A DNA stretch of 64,000 nt from the NCBI GenBank assembly GCA_002633005.1, contig NMRA01000281.1:141123-205122 (forward strand), given 5' to 3'. Shown in pieces: positions 39,406 to 53,853 of the stretch. Numbering within the stretch: the stretch's first letter is position 1; the number at the start of each line of letters is the position of its first letter. A model generated the notes under the pieces. The model ran no database searches and was not told the origin of the DNA. It worked only from the letters and a program-made list of their open reading frames with translations. The DNA comes from Phoronis australis (taxonomy: Eukaryota > Animalia > Phoronida). A program made the position numbers and the translations under genes.

Positions 39406-40976
39406 AGATCATCTCAGATTTTTTTTATTTTCTACGATAATATCCCTTTAATGAGACTAAAACAAAACATCAGGGTATCCAAAATAACGAAAATGGAATA
39501 TACCACAAAATAAGATGTACGTTATAATGCAGTTTTGTAGAATATTTCAATGACATTTTAGAGCGCATAATTCACCACGTGCTTGCTCCCGGCACATTCC
39601 GTTAACGCAAGGCGGTGAATAGATATTACATCTTTACAAGACGATACCTCTCATTAACAGAACTCTAATTAAAATCGTATAGAAGGGCACCTGTGTTTGA
39701 TTCGTATGCGGACGAGCACGCAGTCGCACGACCGCGTCATTGAAAAAGGCGACCCAAAGTAATCTAGCTGGGAGGAACTTGCGGTGCGCACGTGAGACGC
39801 GCGAGGCACTTCGGTGCGGGTTCTCTGTGTCTAGTTTATTACAGTACCGCTAGCAGAAAATGAAAATGCAGGCAAACGCTCTTAATTGTTTCTGATTGTT
39901 AATTGGTTAGTCCCTTTGCGTGTGCTTACCAGCATCTTCTTCGACAGCAGATTTTTTTTCAAGAATCGTTGGTAGTTGTTGAAGCTACTATGCGGGCTCC
40001 TTCGGTGATTTAGCACTGTGAATACACTGGGACATCCCGTTTCATGGAATGATGACTTTTAACGTTTAGATTTAATTTTACGACGAGTCACAAGAAATCT
40101 AGTTTTGAAGTAAGGCTAATTTAATTCTTCCTGATTCTTTACATTGTAGTAGGAATGGAGGTGGAAAGTGTAATTCGTAGGACTTTATCGACGACTCTGT
40201 GAACTCAGACAAATGTCGATCAAAACTATAAAATTTAAGTGCGTAAAAGTATTTTATGAAAGTAGAAAACCATTTGAACGTGAATTTTGATTTTACACCA
40301 ATCTGCCATTGACTGGGTCACGTAATAATTTCTGTTTAATGAAATTTAGATTCATAGTAAAACGAAAGCATTAATATCGTGACCAAGTTTTGTTTGATGT
40401 AAATGTTTAAGGCGAAATCTCAGAAACGACGTTACAGTTTTCTAAATTAGCATACAACTTTTGGTTTTATTATAAAAATCATAAAATACCTATTTTGATA
40501 GCCCCTCTCGGAAAAGTGGATCACTTTAAAACAAACCCTTACAGTAAATTTGGAGAACAATGGCATGAAAGCATAGTATAAACATTTCATTTCACTCCGA
40601 TTAGTCATTTCTGATACATGATGTTCCGGAATTAGACAAATTTGGACATTTTCTAATCCATGGTCCTACATACACTTCATTCCTGTATTATTTTACCTAC
40701 CGAAACAGCGCTTGACAAAACTTAAAGTGTACTAGGCTTTGACAGCTAAATTATTAAAATTGTGATCAAGTGATCATGATTCATAAATCCTCAAAGCAGC
40801 CGGTTTTGACATGAACAACACTCTTCTCCAAAGGTATATTTGCGCTTCCAAAATAACATTATTGAGTCCTTTTTAACAGACGTCCTCTGGCAGCCACATT
40901 GTTCAGTGCAGAAGTCATGACTGAGGCCGGTCTATTGAACGAGGAATATCGCATGGTTCTTCCGTGCCTGGTAGAT

Positions 40977-41105
40977 ATACAAACGCATACGCATACATAC
41001 ATACATACATACAGACATACTTACATGCATACATACATACATACATACATGCATGGATACTTACATACATACATACATACACACATACATACATACACAC
41101 AAACA
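40977..41105. repeat. (TACA)n tetranucleotide microsatellite
   Basis: Imperfect CATA/TACA run of about 30 units. Confidence 0.95.
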
Positions 41106-42775
41106 TATTTGTGAGCTCATGACAAAGATAATGTGATAGAAAAACATAAAATTTGTGATTAAACAAAGACGCAAACGAGCAGGAGATTTAGAGAACTTGT
41201 GTTGCATTCACATTTGGGACTTTTTCCGTGTAGACACTGTAGCCAAGAACACAGCTCCATCTCGAGTGATTAACAGAGATCAGAGACCCGTTTTAGTAAA
41301 GATCGTAAGTCCCGTGCTAGCTAAGACGATCCTAACTTCGATGTTAATTTGCACACAGTTCATTAGCGTGAATCGTAAAGGTGGTTGTTAAGATTGGATA
41401 TGGAAAATCATCTGCTTAACGTCAGTTACAACGTTCCACCCCTGATAAAAGTCGTAGCGTCGCATTTGCAATAACGTCCTTACGATCAACTGTGTTAGGT
41501 ACGACCGGACTTACGATAAAACGGGATTCAGTTTTATAGATGTCGCGTGAAACGAAGTTTGCAAAACCACATAAGCAGACGCCATCATTTACAAAATATT
41601 GCTTTTCTAACAATAACACATATTCCTTTCAGATTTTTTTAATTCACGAAACGTTCTACGTGTATGGGAGTTTCAATGCGTTGTTGATAGTGTTTACTGG
41701 ACCTCGAGTTAAAAAGATACCAATCAAACTAGATGTTGCAGTTCGGCCAAAATGTCTGCACTAGAGCAGTTTGATTCTAGCTGTGGTACCCAACAGTTAC
41801 GGGCAAACTGAAAACATACCCTTTGTCTGACTTACGTATTAGTCACTAGAACGAAGCTGCGTTATTCTGACGACTAGGCGCGGATTAATTTATGCAAAGC
41901 CAAGATTGACACCTTTTGTTTCGTTGGACAGTGTCAATCAATTGAGATAAAATCAATTTGGCACTTGAATCTCATTGTTTCTCGGATCCTTTGTTATTTT
42001 TGTCGTGGCTGACTTTTTGGTTTTTTGGTTTTGGTAATAAATAAATGATAAGCTACCCAAGCCACAGTACGGCACGGTCGATGGTGCATAGATTCGGGGT
42101 CATCGAAAGGTTTTGTCATGCAAATGCTTTTGTTGTTTTATTCCAACACAGATGTTTCGCACGATTATTTCGATAATAACAGCGACAAAGAAAGTAATAA
42201 ATACATAAAAATTACGTCATCATAGCGTTAATTAAACATACAATGAATTTAAAACTTAACATGTGACACTAACAGGTTAGTAAAATACTTAATGGTTGTG
42301 TTAGCGTATAACGAATTATAAACTTGCTATGCACGACCCAGCACGAAATAAGTTGACGATGAGATGAGCAGCACAAGAGGGCAAGTTAATTTGGTGTCTT
42401 GCTGATACGCCGGCTTGTTATAGCAAAAGTCGTGTTTATATTCGGTCAAAATTGATCCGCTAATAGGGAGCAGGCCAGGTCGGAAAGGCTTTAACAAATT
42501 GATTTACTGATTGACTTGTTTACATATTGTAATCAATATATCCACTCATATGACGAAACTGTGTGATTGGTAATGACTGGTGAACCTGATGATAGATTCG
42601 CGGAAACGTAATTCCTACTATCTAATTTAAAAATAGTCAAAGTTTAGTTCCTAAAGGCCGGGCGATAAATAGTGAACGAAACCAACAATTTTCAAACAAC
42701 AGTGAAACAAAGCCAAGTAGAAATAATAATGACTATCAGAATAATGACAACGATGGAAATAATAATGCCACTTGT

Positions 42776-42812
42776 GGTCGTACTTAGGTCGTATTTAGGT
42801 CGTATTTAGGTC
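42776..42812. repeat. Tandem repeat, about 3.4 x 11 bp
   Basis: GGTCGTACTTA GGTCGTATTTA GGTCGTATTTA GGTC. Confidence 0.9.
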
Positions 42813-45800
42813 CTGCTGTCTGTGCTATTACTCGAAACAGCACATTTAAAAATACACGTTTTGTTCAAATTTTACCCCACATAGGTGTTTGAGGGTTGTG
42901 ATGACGAAGATGACGCCGGCGATGATAGTAGAAATTTTAGTGATAACAGAAACAGTGTATCTGTTTTAATATACTAATTAAAGCTGCTATATTCTTGCCT
43001 TCCATAACGAAGTTAACTATAGATTTAGACCACATACGGATATGAAATTGTCATCAAACTGTGTCGTAGCCAAATTAGAAGAGATTTCTTGGCTTGGGAG
43101 TTACAGCTAGTTGTGTAGTGCTTGATACCACTTACTGTACGTTATCATGTCGAGCCGCTTTGTCCGCTCAGCCTAATCTCAAGCAGCGATAAGTTTTCAA
43201 AGTTTGGAACAAATCGAGACCAGGTCTTTTACAAGCAAGTGGTCTCGATTAAAATTTGGGTTCAGTGACGGGGTATTGGTTTATAGCCGCTGAAGTACTA
43301 GAAGTATATGAAGGGGAAGAAAAAAGACTGGGAGAATAAAACATTAATAATAATAATAGTGACGAAAAATATACAGGATTATAATCAGCTGTGATTTTAA
43401 TTGTGGATAGCATAAATGTGGCTTTGCATAATCGATCATTTTTTATTTCAACATTTATACGAGAATTTCAGTTGAAAGTTCTTCGCCACCGAAATTAAAA
43501 AGTGCTTTCGGTCGCGAAAATTAAAAAGTACTTAAATTTTACCTAAGCACAAATCATATCATGTGGCTACTCATAACCGTTTGATGTCTTTCCGGTATGA
43601 CGTTAAATAAACAATTAAGGTGTTACAAACAGAAATTTACTACCTTGCGCTCTCTGTGTGTATATACATATTAGTTTCTAAAATATTGTATCTAAACAGG
43701 CCGCGCATAAAAATAAACAAACACTCTGGTTTATACGTATGTACTAGCAGATTGCTCGGGCGATAATATTTATCAATATTGCAGTAAAAATAAATCGCAT
43801 TTATACAGCAAACAAAAGGGCGTGCAAGCTAGCAGAGGAGGGTAAACACAAAAAATCACTGATAAGATCTAGCACGTGCGAGCGCCCAAAATTCTGTCGC
43901 ATGCTGGCGATAAGTTCTTGTTACGCAATTAAGACCAAGTGCGATCTTAATTAGACTGTTGGAGCGTCGTTAAATATTCTTAAAGTCTACATATTTCGCA
44001 TATGACAAATGTTAAATTCTTTCATACCTACACGAAAGTTTTCTGTTTTGATAGGATTAATTTAGGTTTAAGACAACAAGTTGGCTATTATGGTGATATT
44101 TTTATAGGACTGGTTCCCACCGTCTCGGACAAGTCGCTCTGTTTTCATAACCATTGAGTAGGGTAAGGTGAAAAGCTGCCTACCCGTTAATAGGTATGTT
44201 TGTTAAATATGCATATAAAAGATTATAAAATCCAATTGTGCATGAAACGTCGGCTACTGTTGGTTCTAGCATTCCTAGTTGCGTTCACAGACAAATGCAT
44301 GGGCGCAAATTAAATACACTATGAATGCAAGCAGAAAGTCGGTCAGTTTCAGTTCTATTTGCCAGCGGTCAACGGTCATATCTATATTGCTGTGGCATGT
44401 TTAATTTTTTTGGTGAAAAAACACTTTCTTTTGCCTACCACTTAATTCCAAAGACACAACAAACCTACCGCAATGGCGGCTGCTGGTTTTCACTAAACTG
44501 TGCATGACCGGCTAAGTTCATGCACAGTATTTTTGCAAATAAAACGTATGAGTGAAATAACTGTGCGTGATCTTATCAAAAAATACAATGGTTTCATTCG
44601 TTTATTTATATGCGGTTAAGATAAGTAGACTTGGCAGTTTGAAAGTCACGAAATCACATCAAAGGTTTTTAAAACAGTACTCGCGGTTTCACTTAAACCA
44701 CTTAAATATCAATTTGTTTAGAATATCACGTACAAAGTACTTGTATTTTCATTTGTCTGTAGCGTTAATTTTGGTATCGCATCTCTTACATATCATTCTA
44801 CCTTGCAAAGAACTTGACGTGTTCCTCCAGTGAAAATAAAAAATGTAAAAACTTATATTTTTCTGATTTGCACAATTGGCACCCATTGTGCTTAGTTCAA
44901 GTTCACCTCCAAACTTTTAGTTAATAACTAGACTTTATAATTATTTTAATTTAAAAGGGCTATTTTTGTCTGATTTTTCTCGGCGTGGATTAAAATTAAG
45001 TAAAAATAACTCAGTAGCCAAGAGCATTTTAAAACGAGCAATAAATCCCCAGTGTAGTGAGATGGAAGCGTCTCTGCGCTACACGCAACAGAGGGCGCCC
45101 GTTGATGAGAAGAAATATATGGCTAACAAGCGTTCGCTTTTTGTGTACTAGTTGCCATATCATATATCTCTCAACTTGTTTTCATGCATGGGACGGTTTC
45201 AAAAGACTGTCAATGTGCATTACATATCGTAATTGATGAACGCGACGAATTTTGATCTACCCGGTTTTCCCGATTCATCACATGACATTCGGGTTTGTCC
45301 AGGTGACTTCCATTCCCTTATTTGTCCACTTTATTTTCATAAAAATTTCAAAGCAAATTCTAACTCTCCTTATTGCAGTGAGATCATCTGAAACAATAAC
45401 GCATCGTTAGAAATTGTGACCGCGTATGTTCGTTTATCCTACACTACACAATAGGCCTCTCATTAATTCGTTGAAGCATTAGTTGTTTAATCCACGTTAG
45501 GTGCGCGCGCTAGTTTCTTGCGCGTGGAACTTCCGCAACGATCTGACCAACTATGTGGTCATATTATGAACAAATTTACCATTGCAAACTATCGCGTTAC
45601 CCTGCACCATGTTAATATAGCTCGGTAAGGGACTGTTTTGTGATGCTGGCCTCAGTATGCAAATACAAATCTGGCTGCGATTATATTCAAAATACTTATC
45701 CTGTATGACGTAATTCAATTGAAATAAATGGGAAAGAACTCGTTGCTAAGATACCAGTCCCTGTCTGACTCTTCACCTCGGTATCGCTCGATAAGAACAG

Positions 45801-48800
45801 TTTTGAAAACCGGAGTCGCATAACAAGTTACTTCTGAAAACCCCCAAGTTCCAGGGTGAACAAAGCCCGATGGCGAAAGGCAGACGAACGTGTTGTTTCG
45901 CGATAAAATGACATTCTGCTAAGAAAACAAACTTCACTCTGTCGGGCATTATCGAACGACTGCAGCTATCACAAGACCCCCCGCTACCATTAAATGGATT
46001 TACAGAGAGAATTGTCACCTGCGCCTGAAAGTCTGATGTACCACTAAAATAGTTACATCATTAAATTAATGTTGGCTTGTATTTGATTGTATTCCCCATT
46101 GAAGTGGACAAGAATAAGTCTTTTCAGAAGCGTGATGTATCAATGATGCGTTTCGTTAAATTTATAATAGTGACGTAATCGATATTCACCATCAAGTCAT
46201 ATACCGAATGAATAGAGTTCAGTCGCATATCCGGTTGAAGGGATTTCCTTATTATTCACCATTTAATGGATGTTAAAATGATTTGGATTACTTCGATAAA
46301 ATTATTTATAATTCGCCCTTTTCGACGCCATCGACTGCAATGTCCCTAAGTGACGGAGTGAATTACAGTAATAAACGACGATAGAATTGGTGCAAAAACG
46401 TCAGTCCGGTGTACGAGAAATAACGCTCACGATGAAGAATTCCATTGGTCTAAAACAAGGCAATTACAGATAGCAATGCTTTATTACGATATTTCTAATT
46501 AAATATCCAGTTCAAAAATATGAAGGAGGATCAGAAACCTTAGACTTAAGTGAACGAGGCCCCGTCTTTGACTTTCCGCCATGTTGTCAGGACCGGGACA
46601 ATTTGTTTTGACTCGTGAGTGGATAAGACACCCAATAAGTCGATAGTGCAACGTTCGGAGACAATTGTTAGTTGTTTGACACGAAAGCTACAATACAAGT
46701 ATAGCTTACTAGCGAAAACAAGCACAGAGTTAATGACAAGGAGATCTTGGGTCGATATAGTTGTTGGTGACAGATCCCTGCACATTTGGTGTTTCAATGG
46801 AAATTGTTCCGTGGGGTCGTGCTTAATCGGGGTTTTAATACCTAATATTTTCACAAAATTTTCTAACTTCATGACTTTTTATATTTTTTCCGGTAATTCA
46901 CGCCCGATTGAAAGATAGTTGGACTCCACTGATTCAGTGAAGACTTATAAGTGTCTGACTAAACGATACAACCAGACAACGAATCCGATATAGGTTATTC
47001 AACAAGTCGTTCAATTTATTTTTCTAATGCCCTTACTACTCCAGTTGGCCGATGTTGTTTCTTAGTCTTCATAAATACGGGCTAGTGGTCACTGCAGTAA
47101 ATGAAACAAATTTGCTAAATACAGGTACTGACTTAGCAATAACGGTACTCGCACAAATAATGGCTTTCTCTTGTCAAAATATAGGCAAACAAGAGATTTG
47201 TTTTACAGAACAACCATGTAATTTACAGATTATACCGGTTAAATCACTTAAATCACAACACTGGTTTACATCTTCGGTGGATAAGGGTCCATTGGCACTT
47301 GAAGAGCTCAAATGTAATTGATGTGGGCATTTAAGATTGAACTGATGCTTGCTAAACTTGTTGAGTTCTTCAAAAAGTATCCTCACGCAATCCGGTTTTG
47401 TACAATAATTTCAGCTTACATTGTACATTTTATAATTGAAAGAAAGAATTTTTGTACTGATAAATGTGACGTCGTGAAATGAACTCTCTAGAATGGCTTG
47501 ACTGAAACTAACTGTTTTTATGCTATCAATTATAATCCTACGTCGGTTATTTTAGATTACGCTGAAATATCCGTATTACTAGATTTACGTGTATCAGCCG
47601 GAAAACGGCTCTTAGCAATCATTTTTTGTTTATCATACTAGGTCATAATGTTTGAGACACCACCAGGTAGCGTAATTAACTTGAAAGTTCTACAGTTGTT
47701 CAATAAAATGCGGTTCTACAGTTGCTCAATAAAATACACTAATTTAATCTTTCTATAGCTTGTCCCTGATTTTTGTGAATGGTGACATTACCCTTTTACG
47801 GAGTCCTTCAGCGCGAAAATTAGCGACAGCAGTTGATCTCGTAGATCACGTGGTGCTCTGCATTAAAGGGTTCAGCACCGTTTGCCAAAACATCGTAGAA
47901 GGAATCGTTGTTTTGCGACATTAGCCGATTCATCGGTATAAAATATTTTGATAATATTTTTATTTTCGAATACCGTATTATTATTCATTAATTGATTTAG
48001 CATTGTGCTTTTCTTATGATGACACGCGAATTAAATTTCACAGTGACTCATACTAAAAAATTAGCAATTACAAGTGAATTTATTAAAGAAGGAATTTCTC
48101 GTCTTAGATTATTCACAACAACTTAACTGATTTCACATTCCCGACTAGTGAAACGCAGCAGGGAATCGTGATCTTGAAATGGGTGTGCTTTTGTGGTTTA
48201 ACGGTCATTCTTGTGTGACGCTGGTTGAGCTAAAATAGTTCAAAACTAAGTCGACAACTCCTTAACTTTTCTCATTTCATAGAAAACATGAGGGGCGTCA
48301 AAATAAAAGACAAAAGGGAAAAATAACGGTGTAACTTTTGGTGAAAAAGTCAAAGCGCTAAATTTTGAGGTACTAGAATATCTGAAAAAAAGTTTATTGA
48401 AGACGACGTAAGGAAATTAGTAAACCGGGAAATATATTTAAAACACAAAAGTGGCATCGCGAATTGAATATAATCCGTTTTGAAAAGGATTTCAATCATT
48501 AATTTAATTAGAGGTGACTTTTCAGTAATCGATGTAAATTTCACATTATTATCAGAGTTGCCTTGACTGTTTAGAATGATGAAACGGAAATATTCGATGA
48601 CCGCCAACTTTTTTGACAAATTTGAAGTAGGAAAGAACCAAAATGTAATATTTAAAAAAATAAACCCTCTTATGCGAATTTTCACGGTTGTTAAAGTTTT
48701 AGTTTACACTCGTGCCCTTATCAATTGCTATCGAAGTTTTGAAGGGTAGAATTGACTGAACATGATATACAGTAGCACACGCACAAGGGAGACTGTGGGT

Positions 48801-50805
48801 GCCGAGTTGCTTAAAACAACATGCTTTAGTATGAGGGGCATGCAGTGGCGGCTATTTTTCACCTGTTCCCAGCGAACATTAAGATGTGCTGGCAAGCGAA
48901 GGTATCGATGCGCTGCTGAAATGAGGCGGGTAAGTCTAACTGCAACGATACTAAGGACGAATAACCACTACTGACAAGAATAATTAGCAATAGCGATGAC
49001 GATAAGAAGAACTAGGACAAAAGAAGAACAAGCAAGAGATAAATCATTCGATCAGTTAATGCTTTAACTATGGCGATGTTGACAAGATTTAATCATCTTT
49101 ATCCACCTAAAACAGCGTACCCTGTAGTCAATTTCTGTCTCTAATGCCCTTATGTTTAGTTTCAGCGCCTCTTCAGTTGGCCACGCATTTCATTTGTGAA
49201 ATTCATCCATTCACGGAGACAAGCCAAACTGGCGAGCAAAATACTTTATTAATCGATCGCATCGGACGGGTTCATCCAAAGCATTAATTGTGTACAAATT
49301 CATTTTATGGTAAATTTGAACTGAGTGTCTGGTACAATAGCTGGTTTATTCTGCGTATGTACAAAAACTTCACGTATTTGATCCTTGTAAAAACAGATGT
49401 ACACAGGCGGGCAACAATGGGAAATTTAGACTTGGCTGACATCAAAGACGAGTTGCCTTTCCTCAGTCAATAATGGCAAATAAGTTAATTATATCTTATT
49501 TAAGTTTAGATAGCGTTCAAATATATCGTATTTACATAAACCAAGGTTGTGCGACGTTTTATATATTGAATATAAATGCGGCGAGCTCCCAAAGCATATT
49601 TGTTGGCGTTGTCAGAATCATGTCGACTGTAAGACATACTCTTTTCGCAAAGCAAATTCCATTGTAAAAAAATGTACACACTACAACTCGGCACAAATGA
49701 GTAATCACAAGTGAACAGGGTGCGCATTCAAAACGAGTGAAGGCATCCCGTTGAACAAAAAAAGATAGAAGGCGAATGAAGGTCTTTTTAAAATAAAAAA
49801 TTCACCAATATTAACCGGTTAAATGAATAGAGGTCTTTTTCGACAAAATTAGAGGGGTCATTTTCAATTAATTACAGTGCCATCATTACAACGCTGTGTG
49901 CTGTACGTGGCAATTAACAGTGACGTATGCTTGTTCACTTATTGTGTTTATCGCAAATGAGGAACTAGCTTCATTTTATAGTCGAAAGTAGTATTTCCAA
50001 CTCGTCAGCCTTGCCCAGTTGTATACTATTTTTACGTAATGTACGGATGTCATGGACTGCAACTAATATCCAATATCAGTAAGCTTTTGGAATGAACGCT
50101 TTACCAACATTTAATCCAGCATCATTTTAACCATCCATTAAAAGTATAGAAAAAATCAAGACTGTTATTGGGGACAAATTAAACAACAAGAATAATAAAT
50201 ATTTTAAGTTGTATTGGGAAACAGCGCAACCATCGGACTTGGTAGGAACTAACTAGGAGTTGGATATGAAGCATGAAGGGCTCTATAATGGTATTTGCCC
50301 AAATAATAGGATTTATGTCAGAGTGCCATAAATCTCATTATCCTGAAACGTAGTAGAAATTTAAAGAATTTAATAAGCGCATTTTCACCAAGAGCTCTTC
50401 ATTTTTCGTATCAATCAACTTTCGGCAAAACATCTTAATTAATTAAGATGACGATGTTCGAATTATTAGCATTTCCTAATCATGTCAAGTTGACTTCAGA
50501 ATATCGTTATTTGTCTAAAGGATAAATTAGAATTAATTAGAACTGCTCCGAAACTGTGCGAGTGCTGGAATACGTGTTCATCGTGGAACACGGAACGTGC
50601 AGAAATTTAGCGCCTCCTATTGGATCTTTTTTGACCAGTTCTGATATAAACGTGAACAAACAGATCACGCTACGAGTGAATGATTACATATGCCAGTTTC
50701 TTGTAAGAAGACAAAAGAATATTATCCTATAGCTATGACACACTGTTCTCGGATTTTAGAATTCTTTTCATCAAATTATGTTGGTCACAATTTTTCTCAA
50801 AGTCC

Positions 50806-51140
50806 CTTCATTTCGCCTCCTAGCTGGCGAACATTGAATACATTAAAAAGCGTTTTACTCATAATATAATATTCCTCATGATGATATTCTATTTCCGGCA
50901 CCAACGGCGACTCACGAAAACGATTCATAGTTTACTAGAATTGGCCATCTTTAAAATTGCGAATTAGAAAATTGGCACATACATGCATGACTTCGTCTTG
51001 AGTTGCTACATAAATTTAAATGTAACCCTATCACGGTAAAGACTAATGCGAGACCGATTTTATGAGAGTTAGCAGACTAATTCGATTTTCGTTTTTACCC
51101 AGCTGAACATGGTGACATACAGGTTTAAAAGAAATGTTCA
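50806..51140. mobile_element. Second hairpin copy of MITE-like family A
   Basis: The right arm 51029-51140 (TATCACG...ACCGATTTTAT...ATTCGATTTTCGTTTTTA...TTTAAA.GAAAT.TTCA) matches 9557-9667 directly. The left arm 50806-50903 (CTTCATTTCGC...TAGCTGGC...CTCATAATAT...ATTCTATTTCCG..ACCA) matches 8369-8464 and 9370-9417. Confidence 0.7.
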
Positions 51141-52747
51141 GCTCGTAATTTTCCCAATTTACAAGAAACGTGTCTTGTCTTTTTTATAGTTCAGCTACAC
51201 CCCAAATGTTTAATTTCTTGATGACAAACCAAAACCGACATCTTGCGTGTCGATTGGTGAATTGCTGGTATTACATGGACGCAATTTACTGACCCTTGGA
51301 AACTGAAAAAAAATATTAGTAGGAGGGAGGTTCGTGTGTGCCATGTTCATGTAGCACCAAGGAGATTTTGGGTGTATCTACTTTACACGTAAATATCTGC
51401 GTAGGACCTAAAACGTGGCCACTGAATTATATGCGTGGCATACGAGTTATGTTCTTTTTTGCAATTTACGTCCTCTGATCAGTTTTCGGTACCTGTTACA
51501 GTATCTGTATGTAGGTCTAGATAAAGCCACTCGTTGGCACCGCTGGGGTCTATGCGTATAGTTATGCTAACGGTGACTAAAACTGATGTTAAAATTATGT
51601 TAAATCATTGGATTCATGTCGTACTGCAAACTTTTTTCTTTAGAACAAGTCCGAACGCCCGGTGATTCTCTGACGTGGGGTTGGGGACGGATCGTATTCT
51701 CTACCCATTGTGAGATTTTACGTCGTGCGAGATCAGAACTGCTTCGCATTATCCTTCAACTGAAGTGATCCAGGTTGCTAGTTAGCGGGTGTCATATTTT
51801 AATTTGTTCGCAATTACCTCCTAACGACTAATTATAAGCACTCTCCGCAAAGATCAGGTTTGTAGCTCAAAACAAGGTCACTGGGTTCATTTTGCTCAAG
51901 GCCGTAAACTGTGTAACCGCAGTCTTAAAACGAAAAAGACAGTTTCTTGTTTCTAAACGGTTGTAAGGTTAGAACAATGAGTATTTGTGCGCAGTTGTCC
52001 AGTGCCACGCGAGCATTCGTCGTCATTTCCAACGTCAAAACGTTGAGGTAAACTACGAAGCGAGATCTTAGAGAAAATCGGTTGCACGACTGAGGCGTGG
52101 CGTCTTAAATACTTTTTAAAAAATTTGTTTCCGGTCAATCTAATTTAACTTCATCAAATATTTTCAGCACAGAACAGTTTAATTGAAACCCACTCACCAG
52201 TTATATTGTATCAAGATGTCATTTTTCTGTGTTAAACAAAATTTAATGTACACAGGTTTTACTAGCGCATCAACAAAATGACACAAAATTTTACTTTTTA
52301 CGAACAAAAAATGAAAGAAGATTGAAGAAAAAATATTACCGATTGACGAAATTTTCCCTTGATGGTGATTATTTTTTTGTTGTTGGAACTCATTCTGTAT
52401 GTTCCTAAGAAGTGAGAATGAGCATCTCAAACCGCGAATGCGACGATGCCCTTCAACCATCAGTTTGGAAGCGATTGGTTGGTTACTTCGATTTATGTAA
52501 GATTACAATCACGGATGACTGGCTCATGATACTACATGCTACGGCATTAAACAGTTGCTCACTTTAATCACCATTTCTGTTCGTCTCTTGAAGTATGAGA
52601 ATCCGATCCATCACTCGGTCTAATTACGAAAGTTCAGTAATTCCTTACGACAGTTTTAACAGCTGAGAATTCGGTAATATTTGGTCAGATCATTAGAGAA
52701 CCGGCCTGTATAATGCGACAAAATATCTCCAATACAACTTGACTTCT

Positions 52748-52872
52748 GAATGGATAGACAAAGCAGATGGATAGATAGAAGCAAAAAGTTGAGTATAAAA
52801 ATGGACGGTCGTCGGATGGACGGACGGTAGAACGACAGAAAATGGATTGATCGAATGAATGCATGGATGGAG
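52748..52872. repeat. Degenerate (GGAT/GGAC/AGAT)n tetranucleotide repeat
   Basis: Interrupted TGGA, CGGA, TAGA and TGAA units. Confidence 0.65.
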
Positions 52873-53074
52873 TTCACTGTGATTATTCTCAAGATCCCGC
52901 CAAAACATACTTGGTTCTCTTGGTCTGATTTTTTTTGAAAATCGAGTCGGTGGTGCACTACTTTTAGTTGCTCATTTTGTCAAAAAGAAAATCCATCTGA
53001 GAGGAGCAAAAAGATGAGGGATTTATTGTTTTACTCATCGCTTGACAACTCACGTTGCTTTGAACCATGGTTAC

Positions 53075-53222
53075 CCACGCGCAGCGTTTTAAAAACACCA
53101 GGGTCCTTAGTTTCTTGCTGTGTCCACGAGCAGCGTTTTAAAAACACCAAGGTCCTTAGTTTCTTGCTGTGTCCACGAGCAGCGTTTTAAAAACACCAGG
53201 GTCCTTAGTTTCTTGCTGTGTC
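53075..53222. repeat. Tandem repeat, 3 x 49 bp, near identical
   Basis: CCACG(C/A)GCAGCGTTTTAAAAACACCA(G/A)GGTCCTTAGTTTCTTGCTGTGT at 53075, 53124 and 53173. Confidence 0.96.
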
Positions 53223-53705
53223 TGTGCATCCAAAAATTATTTTTTTGTCTTTTGACTTAGGCTTTTAGTCTGCTTCCGAGCAGATTTCGAATTGTAGACA
53301 TATTTTCCAACTTTTAGTCTTAGTTCAATTTCATGAAACAGTCTAAGCTGTGAACTGAGTGTTACCCGAAAGTGAAAAGATAATATAAACAGCCCCCGGG
53401 GATCTATGTCATGAAATGTGACTTAGGACTTTAGCCATAAGTCATATATCCAAAAGTTGATTGTTTTTGTCTTTGCGTTTCTCGAAACGCTTTGCCTTCT
53501 GTCTAATCGAGCAGACTACACATTTCTGCCATCGGACTTCGAGGACAAAAAGTTTGCTTTCGTAAAACAAGACAAAAGACAACAAAGTTCGAGAAACAGA
53601 ACTCTGATTGTTTGCTAAGCCGGAAGTCGTCATGGAGAATTAAGTCCTAGATGTATTAGCCGGTTAGCAACCCGGCTGAACTGCCGACGTCAATCGTGTT
53701 CAGCC

Positions 53706-53714
53706 AACAATAAT

Positions 53715-53750
<36 letters not shown>

Positions 53751-53813
53751 AATAATAATAATAATAATAATAACAACAACAACAGTAACAGTATCAATAA
53801 CAACAACAACTAC

Positions 53814-53853
<40 letters not shown>

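Noticed and set aside
51193-51379. 13/15-bp inverted pair AGCTACACCCCAAAT / ATTTTGGGTGTATCT as a 190-bp MITE
   Set aside because: Short, imperfect and without a second copy in the window; cannot be separated from chance.
32185-53222. 28-bp, 49-bp and about 117-bp repeats as CRISPR-like arrays
   Set aside because: The units are head-to-tail with no unique spacers, there are no cas genes, and the context is eukaryotic.
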